A DNA stretch of 64,000 nucleotides. It comes from Magallana gigas. Lineage: Eukaryota. Made by a program: the position numbers and the translations under genes. The notes under the pieces were generated by a model. That model worked only from the letters and a program-made list of their open reading frames with translations. It did no database searches and was not told the DNA's origin. The stretch spans positions 21,420,281-21,484,280 of the forward strand of contig NC_088861.1 of the NCBI RefSeq assembly GCF_963853765.1, read 5' to 3'. Position 1 is the first letter of the stretch. The number at the start of each line of letters is the position of its first letter. Positions 13,259 to 26,065 of this stretch are shown here, in pieces.

Positions 13259-13445
13259 CTGTAAATAAACAAAAATATTACCTTGAATATCAAATGAAAA
13301 AAGTTAAAACCTAAATATCATACTTAGTCTATTACATTTGTTCTTATGACTTGTATTCATAAAAATGTATTTTCATTTGATAATATCCTTGTAGTTACCG
13401 AAAGGTTTTGAGGATCAATTGATTGTTCAAAGTAAGCCATCTTAC

Positions 13446-13477
13446 GTATATCACCTGTTCCCAATCCACCTCCATTT
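13446..13477 (-). CDS. Possible upstream exon, AG|AAATGGAGGTGGATTGGGAACAGGTGATATAC|GTAAGA, encoding MEVDWEQVIY with a Kozak-like AAATGG start. It may be the start-codon exon of the 13034-13258 gene.
   Basis: Flanked by AG and GTAAGA, and in phase with the downstream exon. Short, so weak support. Confidence 0.25.
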
Positions 13478-13854
13478 CTACAAAATTAAAGTAGATAGAA
13501 CTTTCCTAATGGGACTCCCACAAGGCAAATTTCAAATGGAACAAATATGAATTAAAGTAACTAAAGTTGTTGAATCATAAATCTTTCTGATTCAAATTAA
13601 ATAATAATCTAGAATATTGTAAAAACAAGAGGCCAATAGGCATGAGTACCATAGCCCATACATGAAACTGTGGAGGAGTCTCATAAATGCATTTAATTCA
13701 GTTTCCCCCTGTCTGAATTCATTTGGAAAGGACTCTTAATCCTATAGTTTAGCACAGTACCTATGGCTGTTTCAGAGTTTATGACATACTACTGAAAAGG
13801 TGCACAGCTTCCATACAAAGTATTTTCCCCCAGGTATGTTAACTTTCAACAAGA

Positions 13855-14140
13855 GGCCCATGGGCCTCATTGCTCATCTAAGGAACAATAGATATGATAA
13901 AATCAGCTTAATGTAGTCTAAATACAAACTATCTAGTAAACAATTTAGTATAATACATGTAAATCATGTATAAAAAAAATACATTTTTCCTCTGGATATC
14001 CTTATGTTTATTATCATTATTCCCTTTTCTAACAAGATGATTTTTTAGTCATATCACATGTTGAGCATTGCAGTTCTCAAAAAGATCCTAAACAATTGTT
14101 TATATATAGGATATAAACCTTCATCAAACTCTGAACCCCT
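13855..14140 (+). repeat. Copy of the family-A 5'-arm segment (ACAAGAGGCCCATGGGCC .. GATCCTAAACAATTGTTTATATATAGGATATAAAC).
   Basis: ~280 bp aligns with 42451-42745, which is the 5' arm of the complete family-A element. Confidence 0.6.
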
Positions 14141-14279
14141 TGTGAGGTCCCAGTATTGTCTAAGAGCCAAATTCTCAACAAATGTCAAAATGATTGCATA
14201 TATTAAGTAAAAATATATAATATAACATTTCAGCTTTTGTGAACATTTAAAATGTGTTCCTTTGTAATACTGGATTCCA

Positions 14280-14525
14280 AATATGGCCCTACCCTACTCA
14301 AAATTTTGATTTGAACACAATCTGAGATTGCTTTCAATTAAGTTTCAGCTTTCTTAGGAAAATATTTTTTTTAGAAAAAAGATTTTTAAGGATTTTCCCC
14401 ATATATTCCTAAATAAATTTTTGCGTCTCCCCCTGGATCTTGTGACCCCACCCTACCCTCAGGGTCATTATTTGAACGAACTTGCAGCTACCCTACCTGA
14501 GAATGCTTCCACACAAGCAGGGATG
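14280..14525 (+). repeat. Diverged family-A monomers, about 1.4 units.
   Basis: Retains CCCACCCTACCC..GGGTCATTATTTGAAC..CTACCCTACCTGAGAATGCTTCCACACAAG. Confidence 0.5.
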
Positions 14526-14529
14526 AGGT

Positions 14530-14700
14530 CAATTACAATGGAAATTAATTAATTAAATTACAATTACTTGCTTAAATTCTTCAATTAAATTACCATTACC
14601 ATTACCATTACAAGAGTTTTCAAATGTAATTAATTAAATTACAATTACTCTGCAGATGTAATTAATTAAATTAGCAATTACATTTTGAAATTCATAAAAA
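14530..14700. repeat. AATTAC / CCATTAC motif cluster (AATTAATTAAATTACAATTAC repeated, (CCATTA)3).
   Basis: Direct observation. Shares (CCATTA)n with the 12040-12230 cluster. Confidence 0.5.
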
Positions 14701-15396
14701 TTTAATAAAACTATGATTTATCTACAACACATAAACATTTAAGGAGGTATGTCTATAATGTTAATAAAATTTCGTCATAATCACAATACTTTCACTGTTT
14801 GATAATTTGCTAACTACTCTGATAATTAACAATTTTTGGAAAGAAATATAGTGTTGGTTTTACTGTTTATTTCAAAAGGCAGGTACCGGTAGTCACAATA
14901 TGAAGGTGTCCCATATCACCTTGATATTCAATAAACATTTGAAAGTCATATCCCCTAACCTACACCTATCATGTCAATAGAGAATAATACATACCCTTTT
15001 CCATATCACAGCTAGTATCAGCCTGAAACTCCAATATCAGCCCGAGGGATGACATTGGTCGATGGCTGATACAGGCTTTAATATGGAAAAGGGTATTTTA
15101 TTTTATATTTATTACATACTTAGTAATAAAAATTTTAAACAGCATCAACTTGAACAAATTGATATCAAATATTATTTGAAAATAGTCTGTACATGTCTTA
15201 AATGAAAATATGAGATCTTACTGTTTTATCAAACATGCAGCTACAGAACCAGAATTTCCTCGTGTTTTGAAATCAACTGCTCTAAAACAAGTTTTCAACT
15301 GCATTTAAAAATGTCCACTGTAAGAAATGTTAAATTTTTTTGTCTGTTAACATGCAGAAACGGAAAAAGGCAGAGGAGTTCGACATGGAGTGTGAC

Positions 15397-15561
15397 ACAA
15401 GTTTCAGTCTTCAAGTCAATTGGTTTCTGAGAAGAAGATTTTTAAAGATTTATTCTATATATTTCTATGTAAAACTTCAACCTCCCATTTCGGCCCCATC
15501 CTACCCCTGGGGGTCATGATTTTCAAAACTTTAACTCTACACTACCTGAGGATGCTACAAA
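15397..15561 (+). repeat. Family-A solo monomer.
   Basis: Full-length match to the monomer consensus. Confidence 0.7.
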
Positions 15562-16809
15562 TTAGGTTCAAAAACAGTCAAGGATCACATGTACAGTAGG
15601 AGTAATAATGACGAAAAAATGTTAAGTTTACAATACAATAAGTTGTTAAAGTTGGTTTCTGGAAGAACAGACTTTGAAAATTTTCTTAATAAATATTGAC
15701 AAATTTTTTACTTTTTTAATCTTTAGTTTTAAAGATCTGTGTACAAACATAGAATCGTGAGCAAACCTCTGTATCTTGCTTATAATTCAAAGCTTAACAC
15801 TCAAATATGGTTAGTAAATAGAAATTGTAAACAATTAAACACAAGAAACATGCACTATAACAAATAAAGAACACAATTTATTTTTTCGAAATGAATCATA
15901 TATATACATGTATATACCTACATATTTCCGTCAGCGATATCAAACTCTATTTAAACTGAATAAACTCAAGAAAATGCCGAGCATCTCAACAAAACCTATT
16001 GCATTAATCTACCATTACGCAAAAGATAATGCCGAATTACCGATAGAATGAATTGTATTTCAGTACTTTTTTGATACATCAGATTTTGCTTAATTTATGC
16101 AGGTAAACAGTTAACTCTTTGATTTACCGAAGTCTCTGTTTGATTTGATATGTATAAACCACGAAATACAAACGATAGTTCCCAGGTTACAAAGCATAAA
16201 TAATGAAAATGAAACGAAAATCAGAACAAGCTAACACCAATGTCATGTGTGAAAACTATCAACGCATTGAAATATTTAGCTTCAATTTACTTCACAAAAT
16301 CGGCACCAATATATTTTGCATGTTTCAAAAATTTCCCTTCATACGCGAACTGTTGCACAACAAGCAAATTCATCATAGTCAGATCGACCCTTTTTCATAT
16401 AATGTCATGGCTGCTTTAAACAAAGAACCTCGTTTTAGAAGTATGGAATACCGAGTCTTGGTAAAATGGGTATGCAAACCCGAGCCGTGGCAAAATAAAA
16501 GCCGGGGCAGATCGGCAATCGTCAATTCCAAATACGCATTATTTTGCAGCAATATTTACAGCAAATACAAATATACTGGTCCATCAAATATTCTAAAATT
16601 TAATGAGATTGGCAGATTAATAACTGCCAATCTTTTGTTTTGCCCAGGCCAAGTCTTGCCTATCCATTTTACCGGATGCCACATCCAAAGCTATTAAACT
16701 GATTGAAATACGCCTTTCCTTTATTATTATTTTCGTAATAACTCAGATTTGAAACAGAATTAGCTCTTAATTTTTGCAATTTATATTTTCCTTCCCATAA
16801 GGATAATTT

Positions 16810-16961
16810 ATGCTAAACCACTTTGAATTGGACTCTGTGAGTAGTTCTTGAGAAGAAGATTTTTAAAAATGCACCCCCCTTTTTCTACAGTTTATAGGTT
16901 TTCTCTGCTTTGAATGCAGAACGGACTTTTATTTCTGCAATTTATATTTGCCCTCCCATAA

Positions 16962-16993
<32 letters not shown>

Positions 16994-17070
16994 ATAAGCG
17001 GTTTTATAGAAGAAGTTCAAAATGTAAAAAGTTTACAGATGGACAGATGGACAGACAGACGACGGACAAA

Positions 17071-17120
<50 letters not shown>

Positions 17121-17315
17121 GGTTTAGCTCTTTATTTTAAACAATTTAAAATTCCTAATCCATAAGGCTGCTTTGTAATAAGTTTGGTTGAATTTGGCCC
17201 AGTGGTTATAGAGCAGAAGTCAAAAGTTTGAAAAGTTTACAGACAGAGGGACAGACAGATGGACGACACACAACAGGTGATCAGAAACGCTCACTTGAAC
17301 TTTGAGCCCAAAAAT
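16810..17315 (+). mobile_element. Two tandem family-A 3' tails without monomer arrays. Each carries a (GACA/GATG)n block and a terminal palindrome.
   Basis: GGTTGAAATTGG..AAAGTTTACAGA(T/C)GGACAGA..GATCAGAAAAGCTCACTTGAGCTTTCAGCTCAGGTGAGCTAAAAA, followed by a more diverged second copy. Confidence 0.6.
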
Positions 17316-17862
17316 ATAATTAATAGGTGAGAGCAAATATCAATCTCTTCTTTATAAAATTATATTTTAAAAAATATTACTGTACAGATCCCAAATAAGA
17401 ATTAGACATATATATAAATATGTGTCTAGCCATCTTGAAGGGGCACAAACATTTTCATTTTTCAGATTTTATTTTTTCTCGATTAATGTTTACTCTGATA
17501 TGTGGTAAACTATGGTACAGTATTTTTAATGTTTAAACAAATTTTGAGTAACAAGTAAGATTCAGTGAGAGTTCAGATTTCTTATATATAACAAGTCCGC
17601 AAAATGTTCTTGTTATTTTTCCATATAAAGATATTTCAAATATAATAACTAGTTACAAAGTTAACATTTTTGTTTGATAAATATGTTTCATGTTCAGAAA
17701 TGACTTTGAAAGTAGAAAAAATATAATTTTAAATGAAAATTTTACTTCTTAAATTTAAATTTTTAAAGTGAATTCACTGATTTTCTCTATTATTTTCAAC
17801 AATCATTCATTCTGAACATATAAAATAATACTGCATCCATGTATATAGAAAATCTTTTAAAA

Positions 17863-17961
17863 TTACTTAAGCAGCTCTTCAGTGATATCTGGCAGACTTT
17901 TTTCCCACAATTCTTCAACTTCCGACAGCATGTAAGACTGTGGTCCCATTTCTGCTCTTAC
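17863..17961 (-). CDS. Terminal exon of minus-strand gene B: VRAEMGPQSYMLSEVEELWEKSLPDITEELLK*.
   Basis: Acceptor TTTTTATTGCAG| on the minus strand. A 32-codon frame ends in TAA and is phase-0 continuous with exon 21994-22054. Confidence 0.55.
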   Translation of the reverse strand, partial: VRAEMGPQSYMLSEVEELWEKSLPDITEELLK

Positions 17962-18257
17962 CTGCAATAAAAATATACATTTTTTTCTTCATCCTTAAAC
18001 TTCTAAAATTATGAAAGTTTAATTTTCATCAAATAAAGAAAATCCAAGGAGAAATAATTAGGAATGAAAATTCAATCTTAAAGGAAACTTCACTTGACAT
18101 GGGTCTGATTTGTTTATTCTCCACCTCTCTTTATAGAATCTGATGTTATCAACATTTGTAAGTCTTTCAATATATGGTGCATTGATTATTAACGGCATTC
18201 AAATTCCACCCTATATTTTAGCTTGTTAATAGAAATGGTAGTGCCCAGTGATATTGT

Positions 18258-18290
18258 GTGTGTGTGTGTCTGTGTATGTATGTATGTATG

Positions 18291-18330
<40 letters not shown>
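18258..18330. repeat. Compound microsatellite (TG)n(TGTA)n(TA)n.
   Basis: Direct observation. Confidence 0.95.
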
Positions 18331-18331
<1 letters not shown>

Positions 18332-18906
18332 TGTAAACGTGGTTATATTGACGAGTTCAAAATTTGACGATTTTTTCGTAAGAGACAATTGGCGAGTTTT
18401 AATTTTGACGAATTTTTGAATAAGAGTAAGAGTTATCTATCTTTGATTTCTTTGCGAACTCTTTTACAAGCGTTGGTATTAATAAAAGTTAACTTTGATT
18501 GAAAAAAAGTCTGTACAGATTTGATGGAATAAAATTGTTCTGTGTATTTTGTTTTTATTCACTATACGATATTGCCTGAGGTAATAAAGTAGGTCAAACA
18601 CGGCATGATAATTACGCACAAAGTTATTATAGTATGTTGTGACGATTGAGTGATAATTGCATTTAAAACATGCTTGATCAGATTTTATGGGTTTTTTAAA
18701 TGCTAATATTACGTGTTTTTATAGCTATTTACATAAATGAATCATTAACTTTGATGAAGTCCTAACGGGATAATGCCGATAAAAAATTCTGGTATTAATA
18801 CGTTCTATATATGATGTTAAGTTTGGCGAGTGGAAATTTTGACGAGAAAATAAAAATCGCCAACATAGTCAAAATTAACACATCGTCAAAATTTCCACGT
18901 GTACAG

Positions 18907-18936
<30 letters not shown>
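18907..18936. repeat. (TA)15 microsatellite.
   Basis: Direct observation. Confidence 0.95.
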
Positions 18937-18939
<3 letters not shown>

Positions 18940-20465
18940 CACATGTATTTCTCAATATACGGTGGATTTCACTCATGGGATAAAGGACTATGTGCGGTGT
19001 GGTCAAATACGAGGGCTGTCCCAAAATAATGTAGACAGGACACATAATTTATAATCTGTTCACTGGAATTTCATTAGACTTCTATGTTTTCTTCAATGAC
19101 CCTTTGGCAAACAATGCTGAAAAGTTCAAATCTGTACTTTATTTATTTCTCGAGAAAATGAATAATTAGTAACAACAAGTTTTGTCAGGCGGCGCGATGT
19201 GCGACGTCAAAAATTTCCAGTTTTACGTTGTTGATAAACCCTCCACATCGTTCACGATAACATTTACGTTTTATTTCCGAAAATGTCTTAGAAAAATATT
19301 ATCTTTGAACATGTACTCTGCATGCACATTCAATATATATTTCTAGTTTTGTTTTGTTTTTAAATATTTTCTAAGTACAAACGATCTGTCGGCTCCAAAC
19401 TTGCCCTGTATTACTTGTTGTCTAACGTCCGTCCTACCAAAATGTGTCGTTCAACATTTTGACGTCCATTGATATCGTTCGGGGTTTCTTTTTTCCACTT
19501 ATTGTCTTCATACTTGTTCAAATATTTTCAATGTTGTTTAACTACTTATTCACAAAACGCATTTCTCATCGATTTTGTTAATTTCGTTTACTTCCAAAGC
19601 CGCTTAGGATTTATTTCATGGTCTTTACAAAATTGTATCAGTTACTGCTGCGCCGCCTTAAACGCTGAAAACGTCATTTTATTACCACTTAACTTTTCAA
19701 CTTGTCACAAAACGCGCTATAAAATATTTAAAAGTTTTGTTATAGCCAAAACATTTTTTGAGTAAATAATAGAATTATTATCAAATATCGGTGTATGTTT
19801 TATTTGAATTTTTTCATTCGAAAAGTACTTTTCCGCCCAATTTTCAATTCATTATGTTGATTTTAACTTTTTGTTTTTGACATTGCGCCGCATGTAGAAT
19901 TTCTGATCTAACATGCTTTCATTACACTAATTTAATCTCAAACAATATTCGATTTTAAAACATTATTTGAATGCAAATTTCTTGAACCCTTTGTGGCACA
20001 AATTTCATCTTCTTTTGTCTTCGCTTAACTGAATAACACCACTTGTCTACGCTATTTTGGGACAACCCTCGTATCTGCCCCCGATTTCAACCAATTTTTA
20101 AATAGTATTGTATAACAATCAAATCTTCATAAATCATTGTACAGAGGATGCCTATCACTTGAATCTTGATTTAAGTCATCATTGCTCATTTGCTGTTTAT
20201 CTATGACGTCATCCAAATAACCCAATTCCCCAAAGCAAACAAATGAAATTATTCTCATATTTGCTCTATATTTTGCATTCAGAAGTATGAATAGTCTTCC
20301 TGTAGTATTTCTCGAAGAACATGACTTACTCTTCTTGGGACTTCAAGCCAGATCACGACCTGATATTATACTTACGCTGATTAATATTTCATTGATGTAA
20401 ACATATTTTAACAATAAAATGATTTCAATAAATTAATTTCTTAGGATTCCAAAAGTAAATTCATC

Positions 20466-21130
20466 ATTTATGTGAACTGTATCCATAATCCATGTCAACT
20501 CGTATCCAGTGAAATGGAGTACCCTATATGCAATATTTTGCCAAACAATGACAAAGTTCAAAAGCTGGTATTTTTTTCATTAATTATTAGAAATCTAAAT
20601 CCTAGCAATATGCACACCTCTGATATATGTGCAATTGATCTGCAAAAGAACAACTTCCTATCTCGAAAACTGTAGGAGGAGTTATCCGTACCATGAGGGT
20701 ACTCTATATGCAATATTTTGCCCAAAATGACAATGTTCAAAAGGCGGTATTTTTTTCATAAATTATCAGAAATCAATATCCTAGCAATATGCACACCTCT
20801 GATATATGTTCAATTGATCTGCAGAAGAACAACTTCCTATCTTGACAACTGTAGGAGGAGTTATCCGTAAAATGAGGGTACCCTATATGCAATATTTTGC
20901 CAAAAAATGACCAAGTTGAAAAGCTGGTATCTTTCTCATAAATAGTCGGAAATCAAATTCCTAGCATTATGCACACTTCTGATATATGTACAATTGATCT
21001 GCAAAAGAACAACTTCTTAACTTGAAAACTGTAGGAGGAGTTATCCGTACCATGAGGGTACTCTTTTGGCAGCCGCCCACCCACCCGCCCGCCCGCCTGC
21101 CATTTTAATAACCGAATTTTCATAACGCGC
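20466..21130 (+). mobile_element. Family-D composite element: 5' arm (TTATGTGAACTGTATCCATAATCCATGTCAAC), about 3.5 monomers of ~180 bp, and a GC-rich 3' region (GGCAGCCGCCCACCCACCCGCCCGCCCGCCTGCCATTTTAATAACCG).
   Basis: Tandem periodicity with conserved ends. The second copy starts 107 bp downstream. Confidence 0.7.
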
Positions 21131-21236
21131 TAGATTGCATTATTCAATTTGTATGCACACACCATTACAGTTATAAGACCACATCTTTCAAAAAACTAGT
21201 GAAAAGCTGTCAATGTGACAGCAAACCAGGTTTTCT

Positions 21237-21725
21237 TTTATGTGAACTGTATCCATAATCCATGTCAACCCTGAATTGATAAAAAATACCTACCGTTTCC
21301 AGTGAAATGGAGTACCCTATATGCAATATTTTGCCAAAAAATGAGCTTGTAGCTTTTTCATAAATTATCAGAAATCTAAATCCTAGCAATATGCACACCT
21401 CTGATATATGTGCAATTGATCTGCAAAAGAACAACTTCCTATCTCGAAAACTGTAGGAGGAGTTATCCGTACCATGAGGGTACTCTATATGCAATATTTT
21501 GCCCAAAATGACAATGTTCAAAAGGCGGTATTTTTTTCATAAATTATCAAAAATCAATATCCTAGCAATATGCACACCTCTGATATATGTTCAATTGATC
21601 TGCAGAAGAAGAACTTCCTATCTCGAAAACTGTAGGAGGAGTTATCTGTACACTGAGGGTACCCTTTTGGCAGCCGCCCGCCCACTTGCCATTTTCACGT
21701 CGGAAAACCCGGTTAATAAAGATTC
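21237..21725 (+). mobile_element. Family-D composite element, second copy: the same 5' arm, about 2 monomers and a 3' region ending in GGAAAACCCGGTTAA.
   Basis: The 5' arm is identical over ~35 bp to that at 20466. Confidence 0.7.
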
Positions 21726-21993
21726 AACGCTTAAATATCAAGATTGCATAGTCTCTCTAAAAACAGCTTTTTTAATTTTATTTATATATCCTTAATCAAA
21801 GTACTCAAAGTATTGATATCCCGACTCATTTGATGTTTATTGAAAATGTTTTTATGACATGGCATTATTACAGATTAATAAACACACTGAGTCATTATTA
21901 ATGAATTAAATGAGTTTATAACCATTTTAATACATATTTATATTGATATCATAATCATATTTTTCATATTCAACATGCATTTCAAAGCAATAC

Positions 21994-22054
21994 CTTTCCA
22001 GTCTGAAAATCTTGGATGTAAATACCCTCATTCTTGCTCAAGGGAATCTTACTT
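21994..22054 (-). CDS. Internal exon of gene B: (R)SKIPLSKNEGIYIQDFQTGK.
   Basis: AG..GTATTG boundaries. The single leading base pairs with the two trailing bases of exon 24212-24299, and the exon ends in phase 0 to match the terminal exon. Confidence 0.5.
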
Positions 22055-24211
22055 CTACAAAAACAAAAGTTATTAATAAGTATTATCGTTCATTAAGAGT
22101 ATAATACACAAAGAAAATCACATTTTAAATTTGTTCTTGGACCTGGGATAGCCCTGAAAGGCTGCAGGTCCACTAGATGGGCCTAGAAGAAGTCAAAAGT
22201 CAAGTGTTTTGTTGAAGTCATCCACCTAAAACATATTCATATTCATGCCAACTCTATTCTTGGGTTTTTTTCTGGATATACCCACGTATTCGTCTCCTTT
22301 CCTTCTTATTCCAGTATACTAATATGTTTGACACTGTAAGAAGTGTAGGACTTTGTTCATATTTGTCATGAAGTGGGTTTGTAGATGATCCTTATATATT
22401 CCAAAATTTAAAACTATCAAGAGAAAACTTCGGACTGTGTCACGTTACTTCACAGAAACATTTCTTGTATGCTTTGCATTAAATTCAAAACTGTCAGGCC
22501 AATTGTAGAAAACCATGAATATGTACATCCTGTGATGTTGACTAATTATTGCCTATTAAATTCTTTAAGCAGCATATATTACTGATCAACCCCTTTCTTA
22601 CTGCTATGCTAGACCAATTTTTAAGTTTCAGGAAACATGCAATTCACTTTTAATCAAATTTGAAAATAGCAACCTTTTAAATTTGATAAGTATTTTGTGC
22701 CAATTTGTCCAGCAGCTGTTGTAAAAAAGTAACCTTTGTATGATAAATCCTCTCACTTGATTAAACTGTGATTCAGAAGTTTAACACAAGTGCATGTGTC
22801 ACCTTAAATTGTTAAACAAACATTAACCATGCAATGAGTCAGCAGGTTGCTGATTACGTAACGGCGAATACACTGGCAATAAGAACAATTTAATGCAAGT
22901 AATAATTGGCCAAAGATGCAAAAACAGTAAGAATCAAATATTCATAATTGAATTAGCTACATGTGAAAGTGTATCTCCATACAACCTGCATTTCACTCAA
23001 AATCATATTGCTATCTCACTCTATAGCAGTCTCTAGAGACACGCTATCTTTCTTTCATTTATGGGGCAAAATTTTGCTCCTATGTATGATACCTCAACCC
23101 ACCCAACTCTTGATCTTATTTTGGATGAAAGATTGTGTGTTATTACAATACAAAAACCAACCTCATACTTTACCTTCATTATAATCTGGTCAAAACAAGA
23201 CTTTAATATTTAACTAAAAACCCAACAAACTATATTATATCAATACTAGTAATTTAATTGGCATAAAAATGTCTTATTGTTGAATGGTGGACATGTACAG
23301 GTTTATTGATTTATTATTTTAGTGTCAACAAGGGCACCGCAAAGCTAATTAGCATTCCCTCGCAAAATGAAAATATTGTGCAGGGAAATGTATTATTTTA
23401 GAATAAACATGTAATTAAAGAGACTAAATATTTAGCTTGTTAAAAACCACTTTGAATTAAAATATTTTGTTTATTCCTATCCCCTTGCATGCTTTGGGGT
23501 GTATCCTAGGGGATGGGTGTATTCACTTGGTTGTACAATTCCTCCCATTACTAGCGAAAACACATCCAAAACGTGTTAAACTTTAGTTTTATAGTTTTAT
23601 AGATTTTCTATATATAGTGACATATATTACGCATTTAGACAATTAGTGTTGGCAAATGTAAGTTTCATCTTGAAAATGGAACGTAACTAATATCTGGTGA
23701 TTTATTGTCTGCTTTATGGGAAAATTCAAGATAATGTCGTAATTTTAACCCCAATATTTTAAAAAGAATAATGTATCTACAGCAATATACATGAAATGAT
23801 TTTCCGGTTAATCCTGTTAATGGTATTCTTCAAAGTCTCTTCTGACTTATGAATGTGTTCTTCTCTAAGTAATTTGTTAAATATAGCTGGAAATTCACTT
23901 TGGACATCCTTCCAACTCCCCATTTCTTAAAAATGTTTGTTTCTTACCTTTACAGGGCCTACATCCAACAAAATATCAAGTTGCTAATTTGAAATGTTTA
24001 CTTACACAAACTGGAAGTCGTACATAAAATTTCTAAGTGTTGTAATTTTAACGATATTTAAAAAAATATATTAAAGAATTCCTTGTAAATGAATATGGTT
24101 TGTCATTAACCATGCTTATGAAGTGTACGAAGTTTGATAAACATGCATTTGAGGGTTTTCTTTGAATGCGCAAGGGGATAATAAAAATATAAATTGCTTA
24201 TGCATTGTTAC

Positions 24212-24299
24212 CTTGTTTTGATGACATTGACCTCAATGGGAGGTACATACTCCTGAGGGCCCCTCAACATCCATACATCACCAGGTCGTCTTCTTTTAC
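24212..24299 (-). CDS. Internal exon of gene B: [28 protein letters not shown]. More 5' exons were not found.
   Basis: Acceptor TCGCTAG| and donor |GTAACA. Its phase is consistent with the two downstream exons. Confidence 0.5.
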
Positions 24300-24671
24300 C
24301 TAGCGAAATAAAATAACAATACGCCAAAGGTCAGATTACTCAACTGATTTCCACAGCTCTAAAGTAAATATTTGTATCACCTTATTAAATTTACTCAAAG
24401 AAAACTTTGGAATGGAAAGGGGGATTACAAAATTTGAAACAAGAGGCCGGCTGGCCTAAATTTGGTCGCATGCGACAGTTTTTGGGAGTTGATTTTAATC
24501 AACTCTCCTATGCAGCCACTCGGACAAACCGAAAGTGAAACAGTGTTTGGACCTCACCACAAATCATCGCTGCAGACAAGACTTAGTTCTTGAAAATAAT
24601 TGATAAATTCGATGTAATGTATGCTAAAGCATTGTTTTTTAAGGAAACTTATTTATAGATACCTTGAAAAT

Positions 24672-24862
24672 AGTCAGATTTTAAATGGTACGAACAATTT
24701 AGATATTTCTTGTAGTCGTATGTATTCCTACGCCAGAGTTCAATATAGTCTTGTTCAACTCGACACTCGGCTGTCTCCGTAAATCTCCAACAAGCAGAGA
24801 GTCTCTCTTGCTTGTCGGAGATTTACGGTGTCAGCCGAGCGTTTGGTTGAACGAGACTTGAG
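24672..24862. mobile_element. Palindromic MITE-like element with a central near-perfect palindrome (CGGCTGTCTCCGTAAATCTCC.ACAAGCAGAGAG|TCTCTCTTGCTTGTCGGAGATTTACGG.GTCAGCCG).
   Basis: A second copy in reverse orientation lies at 63793-63978. Confidence 0.6.
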
Positions 24863-25804
24863 TTCAATATTGCTTGGATCCATACAATTTTCGAGAAATA
24901 TTTTTTTTTACTGATACATAGTTTGATTGAATTAATTTTTATCTTTAAATTTTATTTAACATGTTTCATATGGGGGTTTCTCGACATTGTTGTCGAAAAT
25001 ATTATAATTCGAAAATTCATATTATAGAAATGTGCGTAATTCAAATACAAATTAGAAACTACATGTTCTTGTCATGCAAAATAACATATCATTGATTTTA
25101 AGATAAATAAACATCGACAAAATCAAGTCCCGTCAGTTCTTCAGTACTTTGATTTTTTAATACAACTCACTGTAGCTAGGAATTAATGTCTTTGAAACTC
25201 TGTAACTAGAACTTCCTCAGTTCACATTCAGCTCAGCACTAAGTCTTATACCTTTAATTCTCTCCTCATTAGGCCAGTCACCAATTTCTGTGGAAAATTT
25301 CTAGTCTGAATGTGTTAAATTTTCTACGCAGTGGTTTTTCTGAGATTTTGACAATTTCATTTCACCCTTTTTTCATTACATTTCAGCTTTTTAGACCTCC
25401 ACAAGCTAATATTTCCTGCAAAGGGTTGACCTTCTGTACCATGTGCATGTTGTACCATCACATGTCAGAAACTTACCGATGTATAGTTTACAATGTCCCA
25501 CCCACCTCCTTTTGTGTTATTTTACCTCCCACCTGTAACTTCCAATTTCACAGTGTGAAGTCAAAACAACAGTCATAGCAGCAAGTTTCGCATTTTACTT
25601 AATTCCCCTGATTCTCATGTATACTCTAATCATAAGGGGCCTACATACTGCATATCAATTTCAACAAAAGACATCCCTCCAGCTAGTGATAATCATTAAA
25701 AGGCATTTCATGAATTTTAGCAACACTGCGTAATAACCCTTAAAGTACAGCAACTCTAAATTTAACAAAACAAGATATCTGTGAGCCAATGCTCACTAGT
25801 TATA

Positions 25805-26011
25805 CTGTGGAATCATTAAATTTCGTGGGGGCCAATTTTCGTGGATTGCTTAAATTTGACAGGTTCGTGGGGACGTACTTTCGTGTATTTTCTTAAACCT
25901 ACAAAGGATATATGACTTTATTACCCTAATTCATTAATTCGTTGAGGATGTTAATTCGTGGATGCGAGGTACCCACGAATTCAACGAAAATTGAGCCACC
26001 ACGAAATCTAA
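25805..26011 (+). mobile_element. Tc1/mariner-type (Stowaway-like) MITE with ~24 bp TIR CTGTGGAATCATTAAATTTCGTGG, subterminal (A/T)TTCGTGG repeats and a TA target-site duplication.
   Basis: Perfect TIRs flanked by TA on both sides. The second copy at 47694-47911 is also TA-flanked. Confidence 0.75.
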
Positions 26012-26065
26012 TGATTCCACAGTACCCCCGCTCTGATGTGAATATGCAAAATCAGCAAAGTCAAC

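Noticed and set aside
16203-16697. 164-aa ORF, the second-longest in the track.
   Set aside because: AT-rich, with no flanking splice or Kozak support and a composition like the surrounding non-coding DNA. It cannot be supported as a gene from sequence alone and would need a similarity search.
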